The notes under the pieces: generated by a model
The model's input: only the letters and a program-made list of their open reading frames with translations
Told to the model about the DNA's origin: nothing
Database searches by the model: none
Part shown: positions 40,217 through 50,092 of the stretch, piece after piece
Layout of the letters: each line of letters begins with the position of its first letter
Numbering within the stretch: the first letter of the stretch is position 1
Translations under genes and position numbers: made by a program
Origin: an uncultured Verrucomicrobiae bacterium
GTDB taxonomy: Bacteria > Verrucomicrobiota > Verrucomicrobiia > Chthoniobacterales > JAFAMB01
DNA length: 64,000 bases
Direction of reading: 5' to 3'
NCBI GenBank assembly: GCA_963762565.1
Contig: CAVXLD010000007.1
Span: 352,001 to 416,000 of the forward strand

Positions 40217-41728
40217 ATGGTCAAACCGGAGCAAACTCATCCCAGTAACCTTAGTACCGCCGCGGATCTGGTAGAATTTCTGACGCTGGAGGCTTGGATT
40301 CCCTCGGCGCACGCTCGCTGGCTCCCGGTTATTAAGGCACTACTGGAAGCCTTTCTGCAGCGGTTTGACTCGGCGTTGCTGGCCCAGCTACTCGACCATC
40401 AGCACACCCTTCCGCCGACCGCGCCGGCCGCTGTGCGCGCCGCCCGAATGGCACGGGAACTAACCGCGTTGCACAAGATCTGTCAGATGCTGGCTCGGAA
40501 CCCGCGGCTTCCAGCAGAGGCTCGGGCAGCGCTCGCGCCCTTGGAAAGCTTGCCACCCGAAGCAATTCCGGATAGCTCCGTTCAGGAAGCCATTGCTCTA
40601 GTTAGAGAGATGCGCCCCGATTTGGAGCTGGACCCGCAGAATCCGAGAGTGGCTCGGGGAAGCGTGGCCGACGTGTTCCGGCTCCGGCATCGAACTTCTG
40701 AAGGCACCGTCATGGCGTTCAAGACCGTGCGGGCCGACGCAATGCTTCGGATTCAAAACGAAGCCGCTGTGTTGATGGAAATGGTTCATGATGCTCCGGC
40801 CGTAGGCGCCCTGGCGGGACCCAATTTCGCAGCTGCACTAGGAGAAGCGCTTCGAGATGCGGCAACTGCGCTTCTCCGCGAAATCGACTTCGCCGGGGAG
40901 GCAGCGAATCTGCAGGAGGCGCGCGCCTTTTATAAATCAAATCGGCGCATCCGCGTTCCTGCACCCGTCGGGGTTCCACTCGATCGCGGAATCTATATGG
41001 AGTTTGTCGAGGCCGCACCGCTTTTCGAGGCTCCGCTCGACGCCGAATCTCGGCGCGATGCTGCCCGGTTGGTCTTTCGACGCCTGCTTCTCGATCCGCT
41101 GTTTTCGGGACTTTCCGAGTCCATTTTTCACGCCGATCCACATGCTGGGAACCTGATGGTGCAAACGCAGAAGCATCGGCCGCTTACGCTGGTGCTCCTG
41201 GATTGGAGCCAAGCCGGCCGGCTTTCCGCGTCGTTACGCCATGCGCTCATTGAACTTTGCCTTTACTGCTTTACCGGCGAAGAGCCGTCGCCCGACCTCC
41301 TGATGCGCCTACTGGAGAGCAATCAGACAGAAATTCGGATCTCGCTGCCTGCGGGAGACGATCCACTGGAGGTTGCGTTTGAAATCGTACAACAACTTGC
41401 GCTGCAGGGCCATCCGGTGCCGCTCGATCTTCTCCTCATGCGCAAATCGTTTATGACGCTGGACGGAATCACGCGCCAGCTCGACCCTGATTTCAATCCT
41501 TGGCAGGAAACGCTTGCCTATGGGTCTGAAATGTTTGCCAGTGAAGCGGTCTTCCGGGGCTGGAGCCTGCCATTCCCATGGCTCGACCGGACCGACTTCT
41601 ATCGTTCCGGGCTCTCCAACCGAGCGCTAGCGGTTCATTTGACCCGTACGATCCCTAAATTTTGTGCAACTGCACAAAATTTGCTGGCCCATTTCCGAAA
41701 TCCATGGGATGTTCATTTAGAGGCCTAG
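40217..41728 (+). CDS. ABC1/UbiB (AarF) atypical kinase
   Basis: KICQML (KxGQ-like), GSVADV, AFK, REIDF.GEA.N, FHADPHAGN, LLDW. Confidence 0.85.
   Translation: MVKPEQTHPSNLSTAADLVEFLTLEAWIPSAHARWLPVIKALLEAFLQRFDSALLAQLLDHQHTLPPTAPAAVRAARMARELTALHKICQMLARNPRLPAEARAALAPLESLPPEAIPDSSVQEAIALVREMRPDLELDPQNPRVARGSVADVFRLRHRTSEGTVMAFKTVRADAMLRIQNEAAVLMEMVHDAPAVGALAGPNFAAALGEALRDAATALLREIDFAGEAANLQEARAFYKSNRRIRVPAPVGVPLDRGIYMEFVEAAPLFEAPLDAESRRDAARLVFRRLLLDPLFSGLSESIFHADPHAGNLMVQTQKHRPLTLVLLDWSQAGRLSASLRHALIELCLYCFTGEEPSPDLLMRLLESNQTEIRISLPAGDDPLEVAFEIVQQLALQGHPVPLDLLLMRKSFMTLDGITRQLDPDFNPWQETLAYGSEMFASEAVFRGWSLPFPWLDRTDFYRSGLSNRALAVHLTRTIPKFCATAQNLLAHFRNPWDVHLEA
41657..41682. promoter_or_regulatory. 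Perfect palindrome, candidate PhaR operator upstream of phasin 1
   Basis: AAATTTTGTGCA-AC-TGCACAAAATTT. Confidence 0.7.
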
Positions 41729-41782
41729 GGATTACCGAAAGCCTCACACCGAAAACCAAAAAACTAACTTAAAGAGATACAT

Positions 41783-42253
41783 ATGAGTGCAACCCATAGC
41801 AAAAAGGCAACTGGGACAACGCCCGAGACGTTTAATGACGTCTTTCGTGAGGCGATGCTTTGTTACGAAAAAGCCCTGAAGTCGGGCATTCAATTGCAAG
41901 AGGAATCAGTGAACATGTGGAAAGACCTGCTCACTAAACTTGGCTCCCCTGAGGAGTTCCGAGGCAAACTGGAAGCGATGACCGCAGAGATATTCCCAAC
42001 GACCCGCAAGCGGATGGAGGAATTTGTCGAGACGTTCAACCAGGCGAGCAATCAGACCATTGATCTGTTCGAGAAAACGATGGGCGTTTATCAGGCGTCC
42101 TCGGTAACCGATGCGCAGCACCGTGTGCAAGATCTGATCGAAAGCTCGCTGAGCACCCTGCGGGTTAACGTGCACAGCGCTCTCAACACAAACGCGAAAA
42201 TCATCAGTTCGTGGAAGGAACTTGTTGATCGTTTCGGTCCGGCCGTGAAGTAA
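41783..42253 (+). CDS. Phasin-like amphipathic helical protein, copy 1
   Basis: Small, all-helical, first gene before phaEC and behind a candidate PhaR box; function inferred from context. Confidence 0.6.
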   Translation: MSATHSKKATGTTPETFNDVFREAMLCYEKALKSGIQLQEESVNMWKDLLTKLGSPEEFRGKLEAMTAEIFPTTRKRMEEFVETFNQASNQTIDLFEKTMGVYQASSVTDAQHRVQDLIESSLSTLRVNVHSALNTNAKIISSWKELVDRFGPAVK

Positions 42254-42295
42254 CCAACGAGCAGCTGAAACGGAGCTGGTGATAGAACAAATCCT

Positions 42296-42835
42296 ATGAG
42301 CGGTGATATAAACAAGGGCTTCGAGCAGGTAACCGCGTTCCAGAAGCTCTGGCTGGATTCCTTCGGGAAGATGGCGGACGTCTGGTCTCAATATTCACCA
42401 GGTTCTCCGCCTATCGACGAAATGCGGAAGATGCGGGGCGGGATGCTGCAGGTGCTGGCCGAAATCTGGGATGAATACATGCGCACGCCTCAATTCATGG
42501 AAATGATGAAGGCGTCGCTGAACGGCGCCCTCGACCTCAAACGCATGGCTCGGGAAGGCATGAACCGGGTGCATGAACAATTCGAAAACCCCAGCAAAGA
42601 GGATATCGATGGCGTGTTGCTGGCGATCCGGCATGTGGAACGACGGCTCTTAGAGCGACTCGAAGGGCTCGATGACCGGGTAGCAAACCTGGACGAAAAA
42701 ATCGATCGAGTCGATCAGCGGATCGCTAAACAGGAGCATGCTGTCACCAGCCGGAGAGCGACTCCGGAGACGAGGGAACAGAAAACAAACGCTAAGGCGC
42801 CAAAGAGAAGGCGCGGTAAAGCTTCCTCCGGATAG
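42296..42835 (+). CDS. phaE: PHA synthase PhaE-like subunit (short type), copy 1
   Basis: Directly upstream of phaC; PSKEDID.V...I..VERR C-terminal motif followed by a coiled coil. Confidence 0.7.
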   Translation: MSGDINKGFEQVTAFQKLWLDSFGKMADVWSQYSPGSPPIDEMRKMRGGMLQVLAEIWDEYMRTPQFMEMMKASLNGALDLKRMAREGMNRVHEQFENPSKEDIDGVLLAIRHVERRLLERLEGLDDRVANLDEKIDRVDQRIAKQEHAVTSRRATPETREQKTNAKAPKRRRGKASSG

Positions 42836-42856
42836 GCGAACCGGGTTCCCGCTGAA

Positions 42857-43951
42857 ATGGACCAGAAAACTAGCGATGGGGCAGATTGGGAGGCTTGGCA
42901 GGCTTCCTTTGTGGACGAGGCATTCACGAATTTAAGGCGAATCACCAGCATTCCGTTCCTGCCGGAGAAAATGGACCGAGTCCGCAAAGGCGTGACTCCG
43001 CGCGAAGTGGTTTACGAGGAAGACCGGCTGAGAGTTTACCATTACCTCGGAGAGAGTGAACCCAGATTCAAGACGCCGCTCTGTTTCGTGTTTGCCCTGG
43101 TGAACCGGCCATACATCATGGATCTGAAGGAAGGCCGGAGCATCATCGCGCATTACGTTAAAGCCGGCTTCGATACCTATCTGATCGACTGGGGTACGCC
43201 GACGCGAGCCGAACGTTTCCTGACAACAGATGACTATGTCAACGGCTACATGCTGAACGTCGTCAACTATCTGCGGGAAAGGACCGGCTCAAGTAAGATC
43301 AACCTCTTAGGTTACTGCATGGGTGGCACCTTGAGCACGATGTTTACCGCCATCCACCAGAAGCTGATTAAGAATTTGGTGCTGCTGACCACCGGGATTG
43401 ATTACTCAACGCGCGACGGCCTGCTTAATCTGTGGACCGATCCACGTTACTTCGATGTCGATAAATTCGTCGATACCATGGGCAATATCCCAGCGGAGTT
43501 TCTTCAGGTCGCGTTTCTCATGTTGAAGCCCATCGCCAACCTGGTGGAAAAGCCCATTAACCTGATGGAAAACATTCACCGAGACGAATTTGTCGATGAT
43601 TACCTCTACATGGAAACGTGGCTGAACGACAACATTCCTGTGCCGGGCGAGGTCTATCGCGAGTTTGCGAAATATCTCTTTCAACAAAACTTGCTGGTGA
43701 AGAATCGAATGCCCTTGGGCCGGCACCTGGTTGATTTGCGCAAGATCACCTGTCCACTGTTGAACCTGATGGCCCGTAACGACCACCTGGTGCCATGTTC
43801 CCAGACCGAGCCGCTAAACGATTTGGTCAGTTCCAAGGACAAAGAAAAGATCATCTGGCCAGCCGGGCACATCGGATTGGCTGTCAGTTCAAAGGCTCAA
43901 AAGGAGCTATGGCCGCGGGCGGTAGAATGGCTCAGCCGGCGTACCGACTGA
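42857..43951 (+). CDS. phaC: Class III poly(3-hydroxyalkanoate) synthase, copy 1
   Basis: TPREVVY, ALVNRPYIMDL, lipase box GYCMGG, catalytic D (NDHLV) and H (GHIG); 364 aa. Confidence 0.95.
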   Translation: MDQKTSDGADWEAWQASFVDEAFTNLRRITSIPFLPEKMDRVRKGVTPREVVYEEDRLRVYHYLGESEPRFKTPLCFVFALVNRPYIMDLKEGRSIIAHYVKAGFDTYLIDWGTPTRAERFLTTDDYVNGYMLNVVNYLRERTGSSKINLLGYCMGGTLSTMFTAIHQKLIKNLVLLTTGIDYSTRDGLLNLWTDPRYFDVDKFVDTMGNIPAEFLQVAFLMLKPIANLVEKPINLMENIHRDEFVDDYLYMETWLNDNIPVPGEVYREFAKYLFQQNLLVKNRMPLGRHLVDLRKITCPLLNLMARNDHLVPCSQTEPLNDLVSSKDKEKIIWPAGHIGLAVSSKAQKELWPRAVEWLSRRTD

Positions 43952-44008
43952 CTGATCGATCCTAGCCAGGCAATTTATTGTCTGGTGTGCATGCGCAAGA
44001 AGGGACCT

Positions 44009-44334
44009 CGTCCCGTAGGAACTGAATGATCGTAGCCAGGCAGTTCACTGCCTGGAACCTCGCACCTAAGTCGGACCCGTCTCCTAGAGACGGTATGATT
44101 GGTGGCTCGTCCTCGTGCTCGTTGAGCGCTAACGCACAGGGACTGGTGTCGTGATTGGAGAAAATCGAATCGCTGGGCAACTCTCGAACGCTCGGCAGAA
44201 CACGCTTTCGAACACGAGCAGGAACACGCGATCCATTAACTAATCATACCGTCTCTACGAGACGGGATCGATCTAGGCGGGAAGTTCCAGGCAGTGAACT
44301 GCCTGGCTATCGATCACTTAGTCCCTACGGGACG
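44009..44334. mobile_element. MITE/REPIN-like element, second full copy, with extra outer arms (43963-43985, 44356-44403)
   Basis: Same arms and same internal core as 24418-24759. Confidence 0.85.
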
Positions 44335-44429
44335 GACACCGCCCTTTGCAGCATCCCAGGCAGTTGAAACTGCCTGGCCACCATCATTAGTCCCTACGGG
44401 ACGAAATCCGTGACCCGGAGCTCTTGCTA

Positions 44430-45173
44430 TTACATATAAGCGCCGCCATTGACGTTGATCTGTTGGCCGGTGATGTAGTCGCCGTCTGCTACCAGGAACA
44501 GGACCGCTTTGGCCACTTCTTCAGGATGCGCGAAACGGCCCATTGGGATCCTACCCTTGATGATCGTCTGCAGTACCGGCGATACGGCGTCAAACATGTC
44601 GGTTTCAGTATAGCCGGGACAAACAGCATTCACCGTAATCCCGGAATTCACCAACTCAGCCGCGGCCGTCCGGGTAAAAGCGATGATTCCGCCTTTGCTA
44701 GCGCTGTAGTTAGCCTGGCCCAGCGCCGGGATCTGGCCGTTCAATGAGCTGATGTTGACAATCCGGCCGTAACTTTGGGCGGTCATGATCGGGATAACCG
44801 CCGAGGTGCAGTAAAAGCACCCGTTAAGATTCGTCTGGATCACCTGGATCCACTGATCGTCGGTCATTCGAGGCAGCAAAGAGTCGCGGGTGATGCCGGC
44901 ATTGTTCACCAGGATGTCCAGATGAGTGAACTCCTTGGCAACATCCTCCACCATCGTCCGGACTTCCTTCGAATTGCTGATGTCTGCTTTGTAGATGATA
45001 GCAATACCACCTAATTCGTGGATCTCTTCCGCCACTTGCTTCGCCTTGCTATCGCTGCTGGAATAATTAATCGCCACTTTGGCGCCCTCGCGGGCAAGTT
45101 CGATAGCGATTGCCCGCCCGATTCCGCGTGAAGCGCCGGTAACCAGCGCTGTTTTTCCTTCAACTCTTCTCAT
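44430..45173 (-). CDS. phaB: Acetoacetyl-CoA reductase
   Basis: TGASRGIG, NNAGITRD, GQANYSASKGG, NVNGGAYM; next to thiolase and phaC. Confidence 0.85.
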   Translation of the reverse strand: MRRVEGKTALVTGASRGIGRAIAIELAREGAKVAINYSSSDSKAKQVAEEIHELGGIAIIYKADISNSKEVRTMVEDVAKEFTHLDILVNNAGITRDSLLPRMTDDQWIQVIQTNLNGCFYCTSAVIPIMTAQSYGRIVNISSLNGQIPALGQANYSASKGGIIAFTRTAAAELVNSGITVNAVCPGYTETDMFDAVSPVLQTIIKGRIPMGRFAHPEEVAKAVLFLVADGDYITGQQINVNGGAYM

Positions 45174-45236
45174 GAGACTCTCTTTCTTATCTTAGTGTTC
45201 TTTCGGTTGTGTTTCTGTTGCTTGACGGGTGGCCCC

Positions 45237-46418
45237 TTACGGGCGCTCAAAAATCGCCGCGATCCCTTGACCACCGCCGATGCACATCGTGACCAGCGCC
45301 CGCTTGCCGCCGGTCCGAGCGAGCTCGTACAGCGCTTTGATCGTCAGGATAGCTCCGGTAGCTCCGAGAGGGTGACCCAGCGATATGCCGCTGCCGTTGG
45401 GATTGGTGCGGTCCGCCGGAAAATTGAGTTCGCGGCAGACAGCCAGTGCCTGGGCGGCAAACGCTTCGTTAACCTCGAACACATCGATATCGTCAAGACC
45501 GAAACCGGTCTTTTTGAGCAGCTTTTGGACGGCCGGCACTGGTCCGATGCCCATATGCTTGGGATCGACGCCGGCATAGGCATAGTCAACAAAGCGGCCG
45601 ATCGGCTTCAGACCCCGCCTCTTGGCGTACTCGCCATCCGCCAGCACAAGCGCGGCCGCCGCATCATTGATGCTGGATGCGTTCCCCGCTGTCACGGTGC
45701 CTTCGGGATCAAATATAGTGGGCAGCTTGGCGAGCTTCTCGACGGTACTGCCCCGCCGCACGGTCTCGTCGGTCACGAAGGGCACTCTCTCCCGCTTGGC
45801 CCGGATCTCGATCGGAACGATCTGCGCCTTGAAGAATCCTTGATCGATGGCGCAACCGGCTCGCCGATGGCTTTCCACCGCCAGCGCGTCCTGATCCTGC
45901 CGGGAAACTTTGTACGTTTTAGCGACGTTTTCCGCGGTCACGCCCATGTGATAGTCGTCAAAAGGGTCGGTCAGGGCTCCAACCATCATATCGACCATCT
46001 TCGTGTCATTCATCCGGGCGCCGAAACGCATCGCTGCCGAGCTGTAAGGAGCACGACTCATATTCTCGGCTCCTCCGGCAACGGTCACGACGGCGTCGTC
46101 CAGCATGATCGTCTGGGCGCACGTAATGATCGCTTGCAGGCCGCTGCCGCAGAGCCGATTCAAAGTCAGGGCGGGGGTCTCGTCAGGCAGACCGCCCTTG
46201 ATCCCGGCAACCCGCGCTATGTAAGCATCATGCGCATCAGTGTGAATGATGTTTCCGAAGACGACATGACCGACGTCCTTGACGTCGACTCCCGAGCGGG
46301 CGACGGCTTCCCGTACGCAGGTTGCCGCCATCTCGCTGGGTGGGGTATCTTTTAAGCTGCCGCCGTAACCGCCGATTGCCGTCCGAACTCCGCTAAGGAC
46401 AAAAATTTCTCGTTTCAT
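45237..46418 (-). CDS. phaA: Beta-ketothiolase (BktB-like)
   Basis: NRLCGSG, NEAFA, GHPLGATG, CIGGGQG; RTAIGGYGGSLKD and NPNGSGISLGHP resemble BktB. Confidence 0.9.
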   Translation of the reverse strand: MKREIFVLSGVRTAIGGYGGSLKDTPPSEMAATCVREAVARSGVDVKDVGHVVFGNIIHTDAHDAYIARVAGIKGGLPDETPALTLNRLCGSGLQAIITCAQTIMLDDAVVTVAGGAENMSRAPYSSAAMRFGARMNDTKMVDMMVGALTDPFDDYHMGVTAENVAKTYKVSRQDQDALAVESHRRAGCAIDQGFFKAQIVPIEIRAKRERVPFVTDETVRRGSTVEKLAKLPTIFDPEGTVTAGNASSINDAAAALVLADGEYAKRRGLKPIGRFVDYAYAGVDPKHMGIGPVPAVQKLLKKTGFGLDDIDVFEVNEAFAAQALAVCRELNFPADRTNPNGSGISLGHPLGATGAILTIKALYELARTGGKRALVTMCIGGGQGIAAIFERP

Positions 46419-46882
46419 AATAATCTAGGTAAGAACGTTGTTTACTTCTTAAATTTGGTTTTAGAACGCTTCGCGGCCCTGTGCCTAGTCCCCATCGCTG
46501 CGAGCCGCTGATGCGCGCGATCATGTTCAAGTGATTAAACCAGTTAACTGAAGATCAGCTGCACCGGGCTTGTTGGATGCAGACCATCTTTTGCTCTCTG
46601 AGCATTGTGCGATAACCCGAGCCAGGAGACTAGATCCGGCCAAGCGTAGTTGAACGACGCGAGGTAGCCGCTGGCTGATCGACGCTCATCACCTCACCAT
46701 CTTTTTCCTTTGGATAACCTTATTTTGCCAACGCACAACGATCCAAAAAGTAAGAGGAAAATCGCTTCGTCTGTTTGTCCAGGGGGAGATCGGCATCTAA
46801 CCGCTATATAAAGGTATTCTTGCGGCCGAATGAGCGTCTATACCGGCATTAATCGGATCAACGGCCAGTTCATTTAGAAATG

Positions 46883-46898
46883 TTGTGCAAATGCAAAA
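46883..46898. promoter_or_regulatory. Candidate PhaR operator upstream of phasin 2
   Basis: TTGTGCAAATGCAAAA, at a similar distance from the start as the copy-1 palindrome. Confidence 0.65.
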
Positions 46899-46995
46899 AC
46901 TTATTGTGTATTTAGCGTAGGCGTGACATGTTCATTCAGAAGCCCAGGAATCAACCGAAGGCTTGAGAACTAAAATTAACCAGAAAGAAAAGAAC

Positions 46996-47469
46996 ATGAG
47001 TGCGACCGAGACAAAAAAGGCAACCGGTGGTGCGACTCCGGAGCCCGTCAATGACCTCTTTCGCGAAGCGCTACGCAGCTACGAGAAGGCCCTCAAGTCG
47101 GGTATTCAACTGCAAGAAGAATCAGTGAACCTGTGGAAAGACCTGTTAACTAAGCTGGGCTCCCCCGAGGAGTTCCGGGCGAAGTTAGAGTCGATGAACG
47201 CGGACATATTTCCATTGGCACGCAAACGCATGGAGGAGTTTGTCGGGATATTCAACCGCACGAGCAATCAGACGGTTGATCTGTTCGAGAAGACGATGGG
47301 CGTTTATCAGGCTGCCTCGGTGACCGATGCGCAGCGACGTGTCCAGGATCTGATCGAAAGTTCGTTGAACACCGTACGAGTGAACGTGCACAGTGCTTTG
47401 AACACGAACGCCAAGATCATCACTTCGTGGAAGGAACTCGTAGATCGTTTCGTTCCCGTGGCAAAGTGA
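46996..47469 (+). CDS. Phasin-like protein, copy 2
   Basis: Close paralogue of 41783..42253. Confidence 0.6.
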   Translation: MSATETKKATGGATPEPVNDLFREALRSYEKALKSGIQLQEESVNLWKDLLTKLGSPEEFRAKLESMNADIFPLARKRMEEFVGIFNRTSNQTVDLFEKTMGVYQAASVTDAQRRVQDLIESSLNTVRVNVHSALNTNAKIITSWKELVDRFVPVAK

Positions 47470-47593
47470 AGGCTAAGCCGACAAGAGCTCTTGGCAAAGC
47501 AATGCTCAATAAAATCTGGCTCTGTGGGTCCCTTCGGGTAGCAGAAATCCGGCTGCCCGAAGCCCCGGGGCTAGCAACTTAGAACAGATCCCT

Positions 47594-48136
47594 ATGAGCG
47601 ATAAAATGAACAACGGCTTCGAGCAGGTCGCCGTTTTCCAAAAACTGTGGACCGACTCCTTGGCGAAGATGTCCGAAGTCTGGACTCAATATTCGCCGGG
47701 TTCGCCACCTATCGATGAGATGCGCAGGATGCGCGGCGGAATGTTGCAAGTATTCGCGGAAACCTGGGATGAATACATGCGCACGCCTCAATTCATGGAA
47801 ATGATGAAGGCATCGCTGAACGGCGCCCTCGACTTCAAACGCATGGCTCGCGAAGGCATGAACCGGGTGCATGAGCAATTCGAAAATCCCAGCAAAGAGG
47901 ATATCGATGGCGTGTTGCTGGCGATCCGACATGTAGAACGACGGCTCTTAGAGCGACTGGAAGGGCTCGATGACCGGGTAGCAAACCTGGACGAAAAAAT
48001 CGATCGGGTCGATCGACGGATCGTTAAACAGGAGCACGCGACCGAACAGCAGGCGCAGACTTTAGAGACTAAGACACAGAAACCGGCGGCTGCACCCGTT
48101 AAGGGAACAGACGCCAAACCCTCACCCAACAAATGA
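47594..48136 (+). CDS. phaE: PhaE-like subunit, copy 2
   Basis: Close paralogue of 42296..42835; stop overlaps the phaC start (ATGA). Confidence 0.7.
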   Translation: MSDKMNNGFEQVAVFQKLWTDSLAKMSEVWTQYSPGSPPIDEMRRMRGGMLQVFAETWDEYMRTPQFMEMMKASLNGALDFKRMAREGMNRVHEQFENPSKEDIDGVLLAIRHVERRLLERLEGLDDRVANLDEKIDRVDRRIVKQEHATEQQAQTLETKTQKPAAAPVKGTDAKPSPNK

Positions 48137-49251
48137 GCACAACTGTTTCTCCTGAAATGGATAAGAATACTAGCGATGGCGCTGACTGGGGGGCCTGGCA
48201 GGCTTCCTTTCTGAACGAGACGTTCACGAACCTAAGGCGAATTACCAGCATCCCTTTTCTGGCAGAAAAAATCGAGCGAGTCCGCAAAGGTGTGACTCCG
48301 CGCGAAATTGTTTACGAGGAAGACCGGCTAAAGGTTTACCGCTACCTCGGTGAGAGTGAACCCAAGTTCAAAACCTCACTCTGTTTCGTGTTTGCTCTGG
48401 TAAACCGGCCATACATCATGGATCTGAAGGAAGGCCGGAGTATCATCGCGCAGTACGTTAAAGCCGGCTTCGATACTTACCTGATCGACTGGGGTACGCC
48501 GACGCGAGCGGAACGTTTTCTGACAACGGATGACTATGTCAACGGCTACATGCTGAACGTCGTCAACTATCTGCGGGAAAGGACCGGCTCAGCTAAGGTT
48601 AACCTATTGGGTTACTGCATGGGAGGAACATTAAGCACCATGTTTACTGCCATTCACCAGGATCTGGTGAAGAACTTGGTGTTGCTGACGACCGGCATTG
48701 ACTACGCGGCCCGCGATAGTCTGATCAGTCTGTGGACCGATCCACGCTACTTTGACGTCGATAAGTTCGTCGATGTCATGGGCAACATCCCCGCTGAATT
48801 CCTGCAACCGGGATTTCAAATGTTGAAGCCCATCGCCAACCTGGTGGAGAAGCCCATCAGCCTGATGGAAAACATTCACCGCGAGGAATTCGTCGACGAC
48901 TATCTCCATATGGAAACGTGGTTGAACGACAACATTCCTGTGCCGGGCGAGGTGTATCGCGAATTTGCGAAATATCTCTTTCAACAAAACCTGCTGGTGA
49001 AGAACCGCCTGCCGTTGGGCCGACACATTGTCGATTTGCGAAAGATCACCTGTCCACTGCTGAACCTGATGGCCCGCAATGACCACTTGGTTCCATGTTC
49101 GCAGACTGAGGTGTTAAACGACCTGGTCAGCTCTAAGGATAAAGAAAAGATCATCTGGCCAGCCGGGCACATCGGGTTAGCTGTTAGTTCCAAGGCTCAA
49201 AAGGAGCTCTGGCCGCGGGCCGTCGATTGGCTTGCTCAGCGGACTGATTGA
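48133..49251 (+). CDS. phaC: Class III PHA synthase, copy 2
   Basis: GYCMGG, NDHLV, GHIG; close paralogue of copy 1. Confidence 0.95.
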   Translation: MSTTVSPEMDKNTSDGADWGAWQASFLNETFTNLRRITSIPFLAEKIERVRKGVTPREIVYEEDRLKVYRYLGESEPKFKTSLCFVFALVNRPYIMDLKEGRSIIAQYVKAGFDTYLIDWGTPTRAERFLTTDDYVNGYMLNVVNYLRERTGSAKVNLLGYCMGGTLSTMFTAIHQDLVKNLVLLTTGIDYAARDSLISLWTDPRYFDVDKFVDVMGNIPAEFLQPGFQMLKPIANLVEKPISLMENIHREEFVDDYLHMETWLNDNIPVPGEVYREFAKYLFQQNLLVKNRLPLGRHIVDLRKITCPLLNLMARNDHLVPCSQTEVLNDLVSSKDKEKIIWPAGHIGLAVSSKAQKELWPRAVDWLAQRTD

Positions 49252-50075
49252 TTGTGAATATAGAAGGTCAAGTCGCGGTAATTACCGGTGCCGGCAGCGG
49301 CATCGGTCAAGCGGTTGCCGTCAGTCTGGCTAAGCGGGGCGTCAAAGCGCTGGGACTGGTGGACCGGAGTGAGTCCGTCCGGACAGTCGCCGAGATTATC
49401 AATGAGGAGAACGGCGGTGGGAAAAAGATCGCCGAAGCTTTCCTCGGCGACACCACCGACGAAGTATTTCAGAAGCAGACCTTTGACCGGATCGTTGGCG
49501 AGTATGGTACCCCCACCATCTGCGTTCCCGCTGCAGGGATCACGCGCGACCAAATTGCGACCAAGATCGATAAGGCAACCGGGCAGGCTCTTGTTTACCC
49601 ACGCGAAACCTTTCGTCTTGTGGTTGAGGTTAACCTGATCGCGCCCATCTATTGGGCGTTGGAGATGGTGGGGCGGATCGCAGAGGCGCGTCACCGCAGT
49701 GGCCTTGGCCGATGGAAACCGGAGGAAGGAATACAGGGATCGGTGGTTTTCATCGGCTCAATCTCGTCGCAAGGTATACCCGGCCAGATCGCTTATGCTT
49801 CTACCAAGGCGGGACTCGAAGGGGCCGAGGCGACACTGACCAAAGAGGCGATCTTCTATGGCGTCCATGCCGCGATCGTTCACCCGGGGTTTACCAACAC
49901 GCCGATGGTCCGGGTACTGGGCGAAGAATACATCAAAAAGAACATCTTACCTTACACCCGGTTGGGCCGGCTGATCGAACCTTTTGAAATCGCCGATGCG
50001 ATCTGCTTCCTGATCAGCAATTCCGAGGTCAGCGGGCGCCTTTGGGCAGACGCCGGTTGGCATCCACCTTTCTGA
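49248..50075 (+). CDS. Short-chain dehydrogenase/reductase, copy 2
   Basis: TGAGSGIG, YASTK; paralogue of 38457..39365; overlaps the phaC2 stop. Confidence 0.88.
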   Translation: MIVNIEGQVAVITGAGSGIGQAVAVSLAKRGVKALGLVDRSESVRTVAEIINEENGGGKKIAEAFLGDTTDEVFQKQTFDRIVGEYGTPTICVPAAGITRDQIATKIDKATGQALVYPRETFRLVVEVNLIAPIYWALEMVGRIAEARHRSGLGRWKPEEGIQGSVVFIGSISSQGIPGQIAYASTKAGLEGAEATLTKEAIFYGVHAAIVHPGFTNTPMVRVLGEEYIKKNILPYTRLGRLIEPFEIADAICFLISNSEVSGRLWADAGWHPPF

Positions 50076-50092
50076 ATTCAGCGCTGCATTAG

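Noticed and set aside
45195..46355. 386-aa plus-strand ORF
   Set aside because: Antisense shadow of the thiolase gene
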